Shown here one piece after another: positions 19,923 to 29,670 of a stretch of DNA of 64,000 bases; positions within the stretch are counted from its first letter, which is position 1, and each line of letters begins with the position of its first letter. Source of the DNA: an uncultured cyanobacterium (GTDB lineage Bacteria; Cyanobacteriota; Cyanobacteriia; PCC-9006; JAAUQQ01); NCBI GenBank assembly GCA_963718615.1, contig OY970368.1, forward strand, positions 5,632,001 to 5,696,000, read 5' to 3'. The position numbers were made by a program, and so were the translations under genes. The notes under the pieces were generated by a model. The model ran no database searches and was not told the origin of the DNA. It was given only the letters and a program-made list of their open reading frames with translations.

Positions 19923-20821
19923 ATATCACAATGGGCTCAATCTTACCGAAAGTGTATCTTTTCCAAGGTCGTGAACCACGACGTCTGGCTTCAATCAGTT
20001 TAGGATTAATGCTTTGTTTAGAAGTCGGTAGCGCCCAGCCTGGAAGGGCTCAATCCCCAACTCGATTGATTACAGGTAACTCCGATTCTCCGATGGCCAC
20101 GGCTGCTGCTCAGAAACAACAGCAAAAACAACAGCAAAAACAGCGCCAAAAACAGCGTCCAAAGCCACCGAGCAAAGGACGATTTGTCACGGCAGGTGGC
20201 GCGGCTAGTCGGGGGTGTGGGGATGCGATGATGGGCCTCCAGCCGACGGAGCTGTTAGAGAATGGTCGACGCACAACCGGAGGCTTTACGACCGCTGCAA
20301 GGCCAACGCTATTTGCCTATATTCCCTATAAGGCGCAAATGGTAAAATCGCTCAAGTTTCAAATTCAAGATGAAAGCGATCAGGTCCATTATCAAACCCA
20401 ACTTGCGATTCCGCAAAGGCCAGGATTGATTGAAATTAGGATGCCCCAATCCGCTCCTCCGCTGGATGTGGGTGTTCAATATCGCTGGTTTTTAGAAGCT
20501 GAACTCAATTGTCAAGAACCATCGATAGCCGTTTTGCCGTTTCAGCAAATTAAAGGCTGGATTGAACGCTATCAACCGGATGAAACCTTATCCCAAGGGC
20601 TAGCCGCGAATCCTCTTAACCAGGCTCAGGTTTATGGTGAATATGGAATTTGGTTTGATGCGGCAGCGGAATTGATGGCTCTGTGGAAGGCTCAACCGGG
20701 TAATGCTCAACTGAGTCAATCTTGGTCAGATTTACTAGCGCTTTACGGCTTACAATCCTGGGCTCAAGTGCCGTTAGTCGACTGTTGTCAGGCCGTGGCT
20801 GAGTCGGCTGGTCTTCCTTAA
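19919..20821 (+). CDS. DUF928-domain exported protein
   Basis: GGAASRG-C, PTLFAYIPY, YRWFLE...C, GWIER, YGIWFDA, WSDLL...PLVDCC; ATGA overlap with the CHAT-CHASE2 stop codon. Confidence 0.85.
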   Translation: MNITMGSILPKVYLFQGREPRRLASISLGLMLCLEVGSAQPGRAQSPTRLITGNSDSPMATAAAQKQQQKQQQKQRQKQRPKPPSKGRFVTAGGAASRGCGDAMMGLQPTELLENGRRTTGGFTTAARPTLFAYIPYKAQMVKSLKFQIQDESDQVHYQTQLAIPQRPGLIEIRMPQSAPPLDVGVQYRWFLEAELNCQEPSIAVLPFQQIKGWIERYQPDETLSQGLAANPLNQAQVYGEYGIWFDAAAELMALWKAQPGNAQLSQSWSDLLALYGLQSWAQVPLVDCCQAVAESAGLP

Positions 20822-20873
20822 ACCCTGTCTATGTAGACTGAACTGACGTCCTCATTCTCAAGGATCCTTCTTT

Positions 20874-20904
20874 AAGCCAGTGCATTCTTTGCATTGGCTT
20901 TTTT
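20874..20904 (+). terminator. Intrinsic terminator after the DUF928 gene
   Basis: aagccagtgca-ttctt-tgcattggctt stem (one G-U pair) followed by a T-run. Confidence 0.7.
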
Positions 20905-21054
20905 GGGGACAAAATCAATAATGTTTTCTGTGGGAGCTGACAGGCATGTGAATAAAAACGATCGCTCTAGATGAATAAGTCATGAGTAGCTCTTCTGAGA
21001 CCTAGCGATCGCCCCTTATTCAAATGTTCCTCTCTATAGCCCCAAGCTACAACA

Positions 21055-22488
21055 ATGAATAATCTTTTGAGTCAGGTGGAACAGTACTGGCAAATGGTTG
21101 TGCTGAATTCCAAAGGTCAGGTCAATCTGATTATGCTGCCCATGGCAAGAGATTTTATTCAATCCCTCTGTTTTTCGCAATCGATGGCTGAAGTTGATCT
21201 AGATCGATGGCTTCAAGATCAATTGCTAATTTTAATTCAAAATAGCTTAGCTGAGCAAACGCCACAAAAGAAGGCTTTAGCAGAGCTTTGTCTGCGCTGT
21301 CGAATTTCCCATCAGATTCGTCGAGTTTGTACGCACCTCATTCGTCGATTTGATCTCGCTAACCGCGTTGAAGTCTGCGAACTTTATCGCTTTGTCCTCG
21401 ATGATCGAGGAGAACTCCATGCAACCTATAGATCCACTGCACAGAAGATTCTAAAGAAATATGGGCCTGGTGTCGGTATGGGATTGCTGGCTTGGACTAA
21501 TTTACTCATTCAAAGAAATAAAGAAATTAATCATTTCTTGATTGAACAAGGCATTTATCGAATTAGCGACTGGGCAATTTTGAATGATACAAGTCTAGGA
21601 CACCTTGAACAAATTCTGCATCGTTTCTACGGTCAATCTCAGGCTGAAATCGAAGACGCAAAAATCCTCTTAAGTCGCTATCATGTGGTTTATCGCTCCC
21701 TGCGATTGCAACGCCTAACGGTACCGCGTAAAACGACTCTATGCCCACCCCCCACGATTTCGCAGCTTCAACAAATTGATCCGACCCTAACACCGAATGG
21801 CGTCTTAATGCAGTTGCGATCGCTGGCCACCCAGGTCCGTCAGTATCGCATTGCCGCTCGGGGAGGTCCCATGCCTCAAAGAGTGATAGAAATCTGCACC
21901 ATTGAGCAGCATTTAGAACAAGAAGCTGGAGAGAGTGACACAGAACAGCAACAGTTTTTAGAAGCTTTTCGAGCGAGATTTGAACAGGCGTTGGATAGGG
22001 CGATCGCCCAAACCCTAGAGGCTTGGGTTCAGCGCTTAGGACAACGGCATCCGACCAAGGCTTTGTTGTTTATGCAAGTCTTAACGCTGTTTTATGGAGA
22101 GGGGCTATCGATGGCGGCGATCGCGACGCAGCTACCGTCGCTAAAATCACCATCGAACGTCAGTCGTCTGCTGAACCTTAAATCCTTGAGACTGGAGATC
22201 AGTCAGGTTTGGTTGGTGCAGATGCAGGCTGGCCTAAAACAGCTAGCGGCCCCCTATCTGATACTGGAGAGGCGACCCGACATGACACCGGAGGCTCGGG
22301 CCGCAGTGGAGGAACAACTGGATAAATTTCTGGTGCAATTGATCCAAGGGGAAGTGGAGCGCGATCGCGCCGATCTCTCCAATCCTCGACGGGGTGTCCG
22401 GGGGCAAATTTCCCAGGAAACTCTGTTGGCGGTTCGGATGCGTCATGCTCTGGGGATGAGACAGTCTACGGTCTTTAGGTTTGGTTGA
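21055..22488 (+). CDS. Hypothetical protein with sigma-factor-like region 2 and region 4/HTH segments
   Basis: AELCLRCRISH, GLLAWTNLLIQRN (region-2-like), ISDWAILNDT, and C-terminal LFYGEGLSMAAIATQL...SNVSRLL (HTH-like). Confidence 0.6.
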   Translation: MNNLLSQVEQYWQMVVLNSKGQVNLIMLPMARDFIQSLCFSQSMAEVDLDRWLQDQLLILIQNSLAEQTPQKKALAELCLRCRISHQIRRVCTHLIRRFDLANRVEVCELYRFVLDDRGELHATYRSTAQKILKKYGPGVGMGLLAWTNLLIQRNKEINHFLIEQGIYRISDWAILNDTSLGHLEQILHRFYGQSQAEIEDAKILLSRYHVVYRSLRLQRLTVPRKTTLCPPPTISQLQQIDPTLTPNGVLMQLRSLATQVRQYRIAARGGPMPQRVIEICTIEQHLEQEAGESDTEQQQFLEAFRARFEQALDRAIAQTLEAWVQRLGQRHPTKALLFMQVLTLFYGEGLSMAAIATQLPSLKSPSNVSRLLNLKSLRLEISQVWLVQMQAGLKQLAAPYLILERRPDMTPEARAAVEEQLDKFLVQLIQGEVERDRADLSNPRRGVRGQISQETLLAVRMRHALGMRQSTVFRFG

Positions 22489-22569
22489 AGGGAGGGCTGA
22501 GCGACAAGTTGAATCTGATGCGCAAAGTTGTGCTGCCAATGATGTTATGCAAACTCAATGGCGATGTGA

Positions 22570-23529
22570 CTAATCACCCGCAACAAACGCCGTCATTTTC
22601 CAGTTTCCTGCATCATCCTTGTTGAATATTGCTCGATATCCAATCGGCGAAAAAGCATAACGACTCGAAATAAATCCCTTGCGCCCATCGGGCAAGCTCA
22701 CGTATTGCCATCCCTCATTGGTTGTTGAAAGGTCATACCAATCCTGAATGGCATTGGCCTCTGCTGCTGACAGTTTTTCTGGGTTGTAAGTGAGTCCTTG
22801 GGCATGAAGCACAGCATTTGAAACCCGTGTGATGAGTTTGCCCTTTAAGCTCGGTGTTTCTCGTACTGCGACATCCGTTCCGACGACCACAATGTCCCTA
22901 AAGGCATCGACTTCAGGATTCTTCGCAGGGGCCAAAAAGGTGACTGGACAAGCCCAGTAGGAACCGGAGGGAATTGAGTCCAATGCACAACCGGGATTGA
23001 GCGCACGCTCTAGCTTGCGCCAAACAATTGCCTCTGTATTCTTAATGTCTAGATCATCTAACATAATCGGACGCCCAAAGGTGAGGTTGATATTAGGGTC
23101 GGCGATCTGTCGTAAAAATGCGGCATCGCGATCGCGCACGGCCCGACGCAGCCGCTCTAAAACGGGATAAAAATCTGTTCCCGGTACCGCTTCATTTCTG
23201 AGGATTAGCGTTTGAGGTGAATAGGATTCCGCCCGTTGCTGCTGATCTTTGCGAGCCAGTTGCAAAAATACTTCCGGTGCTTTGACCGTTGATCTTTCGG
23301 GGCGCTGGGTTGAAGTTGCACGCTCTGGGACAGCTCGGGGTATGGCAGGTGCTGAGCGAGGCGTTGGAGGGGTTTGGGTAATGGGTGTGGCCAGTGTGTG
23401 GGCCGGTGGAATAGGTTCAAGATTGAGAGACTGGGGCGCTGGACCGAGCGCTGCAACCCCGGCACCCATAGCTGTGGCAGCCACGCCAAAGATAATTGCC
23501 AGGGCGGCAGATTGGGATGAAAATTTCAT
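22570..23529 (-). CDS. Exported protein with a bacterial SH3-like domain
   Basis: Signal peptide, Pro-rich linker, GTDVAVRETPS...GWQYVSLPDGRKGFISSRY, terminal WKMTAFVAGD. Confidence 0.75.
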   Translation of the reverse strand: MKFSSQSAALAIIFGVAATAMGAGVAALGPAPQSLNLEPIPPAHTLATPITQTPPTPRSAPAIPRAVPERATSTQRPERSTVKAPEVFLQLARKDQQQRAESYSPQTLILRNEAVPGTDFYPVLERLRRAVRDRDAAFLRQIADPNINLTFGRPIMLDDLDIKNTEAIVWRKLERALNPGCALDSIPSGSYWACPVTFLAPAKNPEVDAFRDIVVVGTDVAVRETPSLKGKLITRVSNAVLHAQGLTYNPEKLSAAEANAIQDWYDLSTTNEGWQYVSLPDGRKGFISSRYAFSPIGYRAIFNKDDAGNWKMTAFVAGD

Positions 23530-23656
23530 GCGAATTGTTCTTCTACACCAAATGACTGAATGCCTAAAAAATTAGTTTATTTTCCTAGGACTTTCTTCTA
23601 TACTAACAACTCCTCTTTCAGCAGGTGCTGGGTTACGATTTTTGAAACTGCTTTAA

Positions 23657-23809
23657 TCAGCTATTTGAGTCTAGCTGTCGAACAAACTGAATGGAGAGCC
23701 CTACAATCAGTAGAACTTGTGTAGCGATTGCCCCAAGAATCATCTCTATCGGTGCTTCACTGCCGCCAGCGTCCAACAGCAGCACTGGCCAAGGTAAGGG
23801 CGAGAAGAG
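23657..23809 (-). pseudogene. Possible 3' remnant of a membrane-protein gene cut by the IS remnant
   Basis: Open frame LFSPLPWPVLLLDAGGSEAPIEMILGAIATQVLLIVGLSIQFVRQLDSNS* running off the IS edge. Confidence 0.35.
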
Positions 23810-24046
23810 GGAACTGACCTTCCCCATGCATACCGAGCTAGTTCTGACGGCATTGAAAGCAGCCTTAGGCCAGCGTCAAGCATCGCCTCAGGGATTGATG
23901 TTTCATTCTGACCGAGGCAGTCAATATGCAAGTGCAGACTTTTAACTTGCTTTGCAGAAGGCAGAGATTCAAGCCAGCATGAGTCGTCGGGCTAATTGCT
24001 GGGATAACGCAGTGGTGGAGAGTTTCTTTGGTACGATTAAGAAGGA
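23810..24046 (+). mobile_element. IS3-family transposase remnant (rve core, inactivated)
   Basis: TELVLTALKAA...LMFHSDRGSQYAS, in-frame TAA at 23943, then [22 protein letters not shown]; GGAACTGACC at 23810 resembles an IS3-type end. Confidence 0.85.
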
Positions 24047-24450
24047 TTTTCTTTGTACAATCTTAACGCTTCTTCTAGGAATCGATCCTCTTTGTTGGCT
24101 GCATACTCGTGAATATAATTGGAGATGCTTTGGCTAACGGGTCACGCACTATATAAATGAGTTTTACGTTAGGAATAACTTGATAAATACGTTGAGCCGC
24201 ATTGGGGAACTTTGTTACATTGCTATAGGATGGGGGGAAGCATTACTCCGTATTCGAATCGCACAAGGAAAGTGTGAGCGATACCAATCTATGCCTTTCT
24301 CCCAATTATGATCGACGCTAAAGAAGTTGATCTCTTTTCTTCAAGTAACAAAAATTTCGGGGTGCCGGGAGAGATAGGGCGATAGACTGGATGTACCAGA
24401 TTTCCTCGCTCCAATAACCAGAAAGTTGGGAAGATAGTGATGAGTTTCTA

Positions 24451-24493
24451 TTGTAAGGTTATATACAATATACGGACTTCATGAATCTAGGCT
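24451..24493 (+). promoter_or_regulatory. Candidate NtcA-activated promoter
   Basis: ttGTA-aggttata-TACaa (GTA at 24453, TAC ends 24466), then 21 nt, then TAGGCT (TA-N3-T), upstream of ATG 24559. Confidence 0.6.
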
Positions 24494-24558
24494 TAATCTT
24501 GTTCTGATGTCATTGGATTCTCTGAAAACTTCAAGATCTCTAGAAGATCTCTAGCTGC

Positions 24559-26181
24559 ATGAGCATTCTAGTTTTTTTGCTTCGCGAATCTTGGTGGCAG
24601 GTTATTCTGGCAATTGCCTGTGGTTTACTCAGCGGTAGCTGTAGTGCAAGGCTTATTGCGCTCATTAACAGCATTGTTAGCGATCCTACAATGCCTGGCA
24701 TTGTACCTCAATTTATCGGTCTGTCTGTAGTCGTTCTAACTACAGCACCCATGGCTCAATATTTGCTCATTCATCTGTCCGAGGATGCGATCTATCAGTT
24801 GCGCATCAGGCTATGCGAGCAGATCCTGATGGCTCCTCTCCAACATCTAGAAACCTTAGGCTCCCCTCGCCTTTTAGCTTCTTTGACCGCAGACATCATG
24901 AAGCTTTCCAACACGGTTTTTATCGTTCCCTTTATTTGTATTGATATTTCTATCGTTCTTGGTTGCTTGACTTATCTTGCGGTTCTCTCCCGACTGGTCT
25001 TTCTATTTACGCTGTTGATGATCTTTTTGGGGCTCGTTACGTCCCAGTTTCTGCTGAGGCGATCGCGACAGTCCATGCGCAAAGCTCGTGATGAGCAGGA
25101 TCAACTGTTTAAGCATTTTCGAACCTTAACAGAAGGTATCAAGGAACTCAAGCTCCATCAGGATCGCCGTCAAGACTATCTCACGAATCAGCTTGCGGTC
25201 AGTGCCAATCACTCGCGACGCTATGCGAAAACCGGTCGAGTGTTCCTGGCTACCACCACCGCTTGGGGAAATTTCTTGTTTTTTTTGATTATTGGTTCCC
25301 TTTTACTCATCTTGCCTCGCCTGATCATCCTTGAACCCCTAGTGCTTTCGGGGTTTGTCTTGACAATGACCTACCTGATGGTGCCGTTCAAGAACCTGAC
25401 AGAACGCATTCCGCAGCTGATGGATATGGAGGTTGCCCTACAGAAAATTGCCCAGTTGGGGTTCAGCTTGGCGGATCAAACTGAGGATTTAAGCTTAACC
25501 CTACGTCAACCTATGACGCCTTTCCATCGCTTGGAATTGCGGGAAGTTTTTCACACCTACCGGGGAGAAGCCACAGATGAGGAATTTTCTCTGGGGCCAG
25601 TTAATTTGTCTTTTCATCCCGGTGAAATTGTATTTATTGTGGGTGGGAATGGCAGTGGAAAATCGACCTTGGCCAAGGTCATCACCAGTCTTTACATGCC
25701 TGAACAGGGTCAACTTCTGCTGAATGGTGAGGTTGTAACCGATCAAAACCAGGCTTGGTATCGTCAATACTTTACCGGTGTTTTTTCGGACTTTTACCTG
25801 TTTGATAATTTACTGGGTAGCGATCGCGATCAGACGGAGCGCCAAGCCCGTCGTTATCTCAAGCGGCTCTACCTCGATCATAAAGTTGATATTCAGCACA
25901 ACCAGTTCTCAACCCTTGCTCTGTCCCAAGGTCAGCGTAAACGTCTAGCGCTCTTGACCGTTTATCTTGACGATCGACCCATTTATTTATTTGATGAATG
26001 GGCTGCAGATCAGGATCCTCGCTTCCGAGCGGTATTTTATGAGGAGATTCTTCCCGATCTGCGAAATCGAGGCAATCTCGTGATTGCGATTACCCATGAT
26101 GATCGGTACTTTCACTTAGCAGATCGCGTTATTAAGCTCAACTATGGAAGGATTGAGTCTATTCAATTCACTCAGTCTTAG
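24559..26181 (+). CDS. Cyclic-peptide export ABC transporter (PvdE/SyrD family, fused TMD-NBD)
   Basis: EGIKELKL, Walker A GGNGSGKST, LSQGQRKRLAL, family-typical LFDEWAADQDP and ITHDDRYF. Confidence 0.92.
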   Translation: MSILVFLLRESWWQVILAIACGLLSGSCSARLIALINSIVSDPTMPGIVPQFIGLSVVVLTTAPMAQYLLIHLSEDAIYQLRIRLCEQILMAPLQHLETLGSPRLLASLTADIMKLSNTVFIVPFICIDISIVLGCLTYLAVLSRLVFLFTLLMIFLGLVTSQFLLRRSRQSMRKARDEQDQLFKHFRTLTEGIKELKLHQDRRQDYLTNQLAVSANHSRRYAKTGRVFLATTTAWGNFLFFLIIGSLLLILPRLIILEPLVLSGFVLTMTYLMVPFKNLTERIPQLMDMEVALQKIAQLGFSLADQTEDLSLTLRQPMTPFHRLELREVFHTYRGEATDEEFSLGPVNLSFHPGEIVFIVGGNGSGKSTLAKVITSLYMPEQGQLLLNGEVVTDQNQAWYRQYFTGVFSDFYLFDNLLGSDRDQTERQARRYLKRLYLDHKVDIQHNQFSTLALSQGQRKRLALLTVYLDDRPIYLFDEWAADQDPRFRAVFYEEILPDLRNRGNLVIAITHDDRYFHLADRVIKLNYGRIESIQFTQS

Positions 26182-26315
26182 TTTTTGTTGTAGTAAAAAT
26201 AACAAAATAGCTCTGAAGTGCCACGTATCCTTTGGAGAATGCGTCTAAATAACACCCTTTTCTAAAATAGAGGTGGTCTGTATAATAACCAAAAGAAAGA
26301 AAACAGCAAAAGGCC

Positions 26316-26430
26316 AGTAGTGCTATTTGCGAAAGGCTAGAGAATAATCAGGCAATCGTAGAATCCTTGCATTACAAGGAATCCTAGGCCCTTACCTGTT
26401 TTTCTATGGTTCTCCCGTAATGGCACTACC
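26316..26430. mobile_element. MITE-like element (115 bp) with imperfect terminal inverted repeats
   Basis: Left agtagtgctattt...agaataatcagg versus reverse-complemented right ggtagtgccatta...agaaaaacagg; central hairpin ccttg-catta-caagg. No clear target duplication. Confidence 0.45.
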
Positions 26431-26541
26431 CAAACCTACTCTGATGTAGATTGTGAATAGATGAGCGTGTAGGTTAGCAATAGAATTGAGTCGTTCTACA
26501 TTGAGCTGGAGCGTGTCACGTAATCATAGCAGGTAACAGCC

Positions 26542-26638
26542 TAAGCAATTCTTGATAAGCAATTCTTAAATACTTGCCTTTATTCCTGTTAATGAATTAT
26601 TAATGAGTTCGACTCTGATTTCATTATCAGATTTCATT
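26542..26638 (+). promoter_or_regulatory. Two pairs of short direct repeats upstream of the glycosyltransferase operon
   Basis: taagcaattctt-ga-taagcaattctt (26542-26567) and gatttcatt-N4-gatttcatt (26617-26638). Confidence 0.35.
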
Positions 26639-26712
26639 GATAGAAGAAAAGTCAAATATTTTAAGCGCAGTACCGCGTCGCTAGAGTCAGCGTAAATACT
26701 ACTCACAAAACC

Positions 26713-28002
26713 ATGCATAGCTTGGCAATTCTTTTATTTTGTTTGTTTTTAGTGACTGTTGTGCGGATCCTGCGGGCAACGCTTCAGTTTCTTACCTTTT
26801 TAGGCGCGGATCAAGATGGGTGCAGCAACAGTGTAGAGAGAAGTTCTACATCATTGCCTAAGGTCGCTGTTGTCCTCAGTGTGCGTGGGAGCGATCCAGT
26901 TCTTGCCGATTGTGTTACAGCTTTGCTCCAGCAGGATTATCCCAACTATGCGGTCCGGATTGTTATCGATAGCCGAGAGGAGCCAGCATGGCAAACGGTG
27001 AGCAAGGTCATTGAGCAATTTAGCCCTGGTGAGGTGAACATTGAGCTTACCGCTCTAGAGGTGCGTCGTCCTACCTGTAGTTTGAAGTGTAGTGCTTTGG
27101 TGCAGGCGATCGCCAACCTAAACCCCTCCTTTGAAGTGATTGCTGTACTAGACGCAGATGTGGTTGCTCATCCGGGTTGGCTGAAAGCACTGGTGCGACC
27201 GCTACTGCAGGATCAGGATATTGGTGTGACTTCTGGTATCCGTTGGTACGCCCCGGCAGACTGGCAATATGGTTCGTTAGTTCGCTATTTATGGAATGTT
27301 TCTAGCGCGGTTAGCATGTATGTCTTCGATTGCCCTTGGGGAGGCTCTATGGCAATTCGAAGGTCTGTTTTTGATCAGGGAAAGTTGCTAGAAACCTGGA
27401 GCCAAGCTCTTTCCGATGATAATACTGCGGCAACCGCAGCCAAGAGCATCAATGCTCGTATTTGCTATACCCCAGACGTCATTATGGTGAACCGTGAGTG
27501 TTGTGATTTGAGTAGTTGCTGGCGCTTTGTGAAACGTCAATTTCTTTGGACAAAGCTTTACCACCCTCAATGGTTTCGCATTATTTTTCAAGTCTGGTTT
27601 AGAGTAGCAGTCCTAGCTGGTGCAATGCTACTGATGCCAATACTTTTCTTCAATCAACAGTGGGAGTTGTTCCAGTTAGTGGGTTTCGGAGTGGGGCTTT
27701 ATATGCTGACTGTATTCTTAGCATGGATTTTGCTGGAAAATGCCGTTCGAGAAAAGGTCTCTATGTATGGAGAATCTATGGGAAAAAATATATTGAAAGA
27801 GCGTCCTCTCAAGGCAATTTTATCTTTGTGTATTGCCCACGGTGTGACTTTGGCTGGAGCCATTTTTGCGTTGGGTATGAAATCGGTGGAATGGCGCGGT
27901 ATTACCTACAAGATTCAATCTCCTTTTCAAGTTGAGCTCCTAGGATATAATACTTATCAAGGCAGAACACAAGTGACTGAATCAAATATCTCAATTTTGT
28001 AG
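26713..28002 (+). CDS. Membrane GT2/GT21-like glycosyltransferase (HpnI/ceramide-glucosyltransferase-like)
   Basis: N-terminal TM, QQDYPNY, SLKCSAL, LDAD, WGGSMAIRR, LSDD, RQFLW (QxxRW-like), C-terminal TMs, VEWRGITY. Confidence 0.85.
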   Translation: MHSLAILLFCLFLVTVVRILRATLQFLTFLGADQDGCSNSVERSSTSLPKVAVVLSVRGSDPVLADCVTALLQQDYPNYAVRIVIDSREEPAWQTVSKVIEQFSPGEVNIELTALEVRRPTCSLKCSALVQAIANLNPSFEVIAVLDADVVAHPGWLKALVRPLLQDQDIGVTSGIRWYAPADWQYGSLVRYLWNVSSAVSMYVFDCPWGGSMAIRRSVFDQGKLLETWSQALSDDNTAATAAKSINARICYTPDVIMVNRECCDLSSCWRFVKRQFLWTKLYHPQWFRIIFQVWFRVAVLAGAMLLMPILFFNQQWELFQLVGFGVGLYMLTVFLAWILLENAVREKVSMYGESMGKNILKERPLKAILSLCIAHGVTLAGAIFALGMKSVEWRGITYKIQSPFQVELLGYNTYQGRTQVTESNISIL

Positions 28003-28060
28003 GATTTTCTTATACCAAGAGATCATCAGATATAGGTTTAGCTCTTGAGGCAGGAATTCT

Positions 28061-29653
28061 GTGGATTTATCTCGTCTCGATCGCGTCGCACAGGTTACAT
28101 CTTTCTATGAGAAAAAAGTATTCCAGATAGTGGCCTTTTGGCAGTATGCCATCTGTCGATTGCAAGCATTTGGATTAAAAGGATTAGGGCAGCTACCGAT
28201 ACAGAAATTTCGCCTATATTATGGACAAAGTTTGCGTAGACGGGGAGAGTTTAAAAAGGCGATCGCGATTTATCAAGAGATTTTAAACCACCATCCAGAC
28301 AACTCCCGCTGTCGATTACAATTGGCGAGTTTACTGCTTCAGCAAGGTCGGCGACAGATGGCATGCACGGTCCTGCCCGAAGCCAAGCATCTAGTTCCTG
28401 CTGACGCTCCAATAGTAAGTCCTGAAGCTCTCTCCTCTAAGACTTTGCACATTGTTCTGATTAGCGATTGTCCAGGAATCTATGGTGCAGAACAAATTAA
28501 CCATGGATTGATGTGTGGCCTCGTCAAAGCGGGTTACCGACTGACCTGTATTCAAAGTCGAGCGATGCATACTTTGATTGAACAACGGCAGTCTTTGGGC
28601 ATCGAGCATCGCTGGATATTGGCCGATGATATCTATCGCTTTCATGCGGATCAGCCCACGACTGCTTGGCAGCTTCCATGGGCGTTGGCTGATGCATCAG
28701 AAACTTTGCAGTATTTTATGGATACCGTACCAGATTTACTGATTTTTGCCGATGGTTGTATCGCTTCTAATTTGGCTGCGAAACAAATCGCGGCAGCACT
28801 TGATATCCCCTTTTTCGTGTTGATTCATCGGGTCGACCCTGGTTTTGCCCATCAGTTTGCACCCTATCTTCAGGAATTGTCCTCAGTTTGGCATCAAGCT
28901 AAAGCTGTAGTTACTGTTTCGCAGGAAAACCTGTTGCTCTTGCGGAAAAAGTTTGGTTTAGCCCAGAACCAAGGAAGTGTCATTCTCTGCGGTAGACCTG
29001 AAATATATTTTTCCTCACAAGATCAAGAAAAGAGAATCTCTGTACGAGAGAGGCTAGGTATTCCTCAGGATGCGATTGTCGTTTGCACAACGGCACGTAT
29101 GGATATTGATAAGGGCTATCAGTATCAAATCGATGCATTACGACAGCTAAAACAACGTCCTATTTGGTCAAAGCTCTATTTTTTATGGATTGGTACGGGG
29201 AGCCTAGCTGTATGGCTAAAGTTTATGCTGAAGCGTTGGAAGTTAGATGATCGTGTCTTTTGCCTAGGTGCTCGCAATGATGTTCCAGATTTGTTAGATG
29301 CTTCTGATATTTTTGTGTTGCCTTCTCAAGTGGAAGGAATGCCATTGTCGGTAATGGAGGCAATGGCGAAAGGGCTGGCAGTAGCAGCAACGGCAGTCAG
29401 CGGCATTCCTGAAGAATTGGGCAATACGGGGAAGCTTTTACCTGATCCGAAAGAGGATGCGGTAGGCATGGTTCAATCGTTGGTTGAGACGTTGGATGAT
29501 TGGGGACAAGATGTTGAGCGCTGTCGAACAATTGGTAAGGATTGTCGAGAGCGGGCAGAAAAACTATTTCAGGAAGAAATCATGCTCGGAAATTATCAAC
29601 AATTAATAGAGACAATCATGCTAAGAGAATCTTACAGATCTTTCTCAAATTAG
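28061..29653 (+). CDS. GT4 glycosyltransferase with an N-terminal TPR-like segment
   Basis: GEFKKAIAIYQEIL..HPDN; YGAEQ; KGYQY; DIFVLPSQVEGMPLSVMEAMAKG. Confidence 0.88.
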   Translation: MDLSRLDRVAQVTSFYEKKVFQIVAFWQYAICRLQAFGLKGLGQLPIQKFRLYYGQSLRRRGEFKKAIAIYQEILNHHPDNSRCRLQLASLLLQQGRRQMACTVLPEAKHLVPADAPIVSPEALSSKTLHIVLISDCPGIYGAEQINHGLMCGLVKAGYRLTCIQSRAMHTLIEQRQSLGIEHRWILADDIYRFHADQPTTAWQLPWALADASETLQYFMDTVPDLLIFADGCIASNLAAKQIAAALDIPFFVLIHRVDPGFAHQFAPYLQELSSVWHQAKAVVTVSQENLLLLRKKFGLAQNQGSVILCGRPEIYFSSQDQEKRISVRERLGIPQDAIVVCTTARMDIDKGYQYQIDALRQLKQRPIWSKLYFLWIGTGSLAVWLKFMLKRWKLDDRVFCLGARNDVPDLLDASDIFVLPSQVEGMPLSVMEAMAKGLAVAATAVSGIPEELGNTGKLLPDPKEDAVGMVQSLVETLDDWGQDVERCRTIGKDCRERAEKLFQEEIMLGNYQQLIETIMLRESYRSFSN

Positions 29654-29670
29654 CCTCTAGGTATAAAGTA

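Noticed and set aside
26182-26712. Possible RiPP precursor next to the peptide exporter
   Set aside because: I found no convincing small ORF with an RBS or leader by eye, and no maturase nearby.
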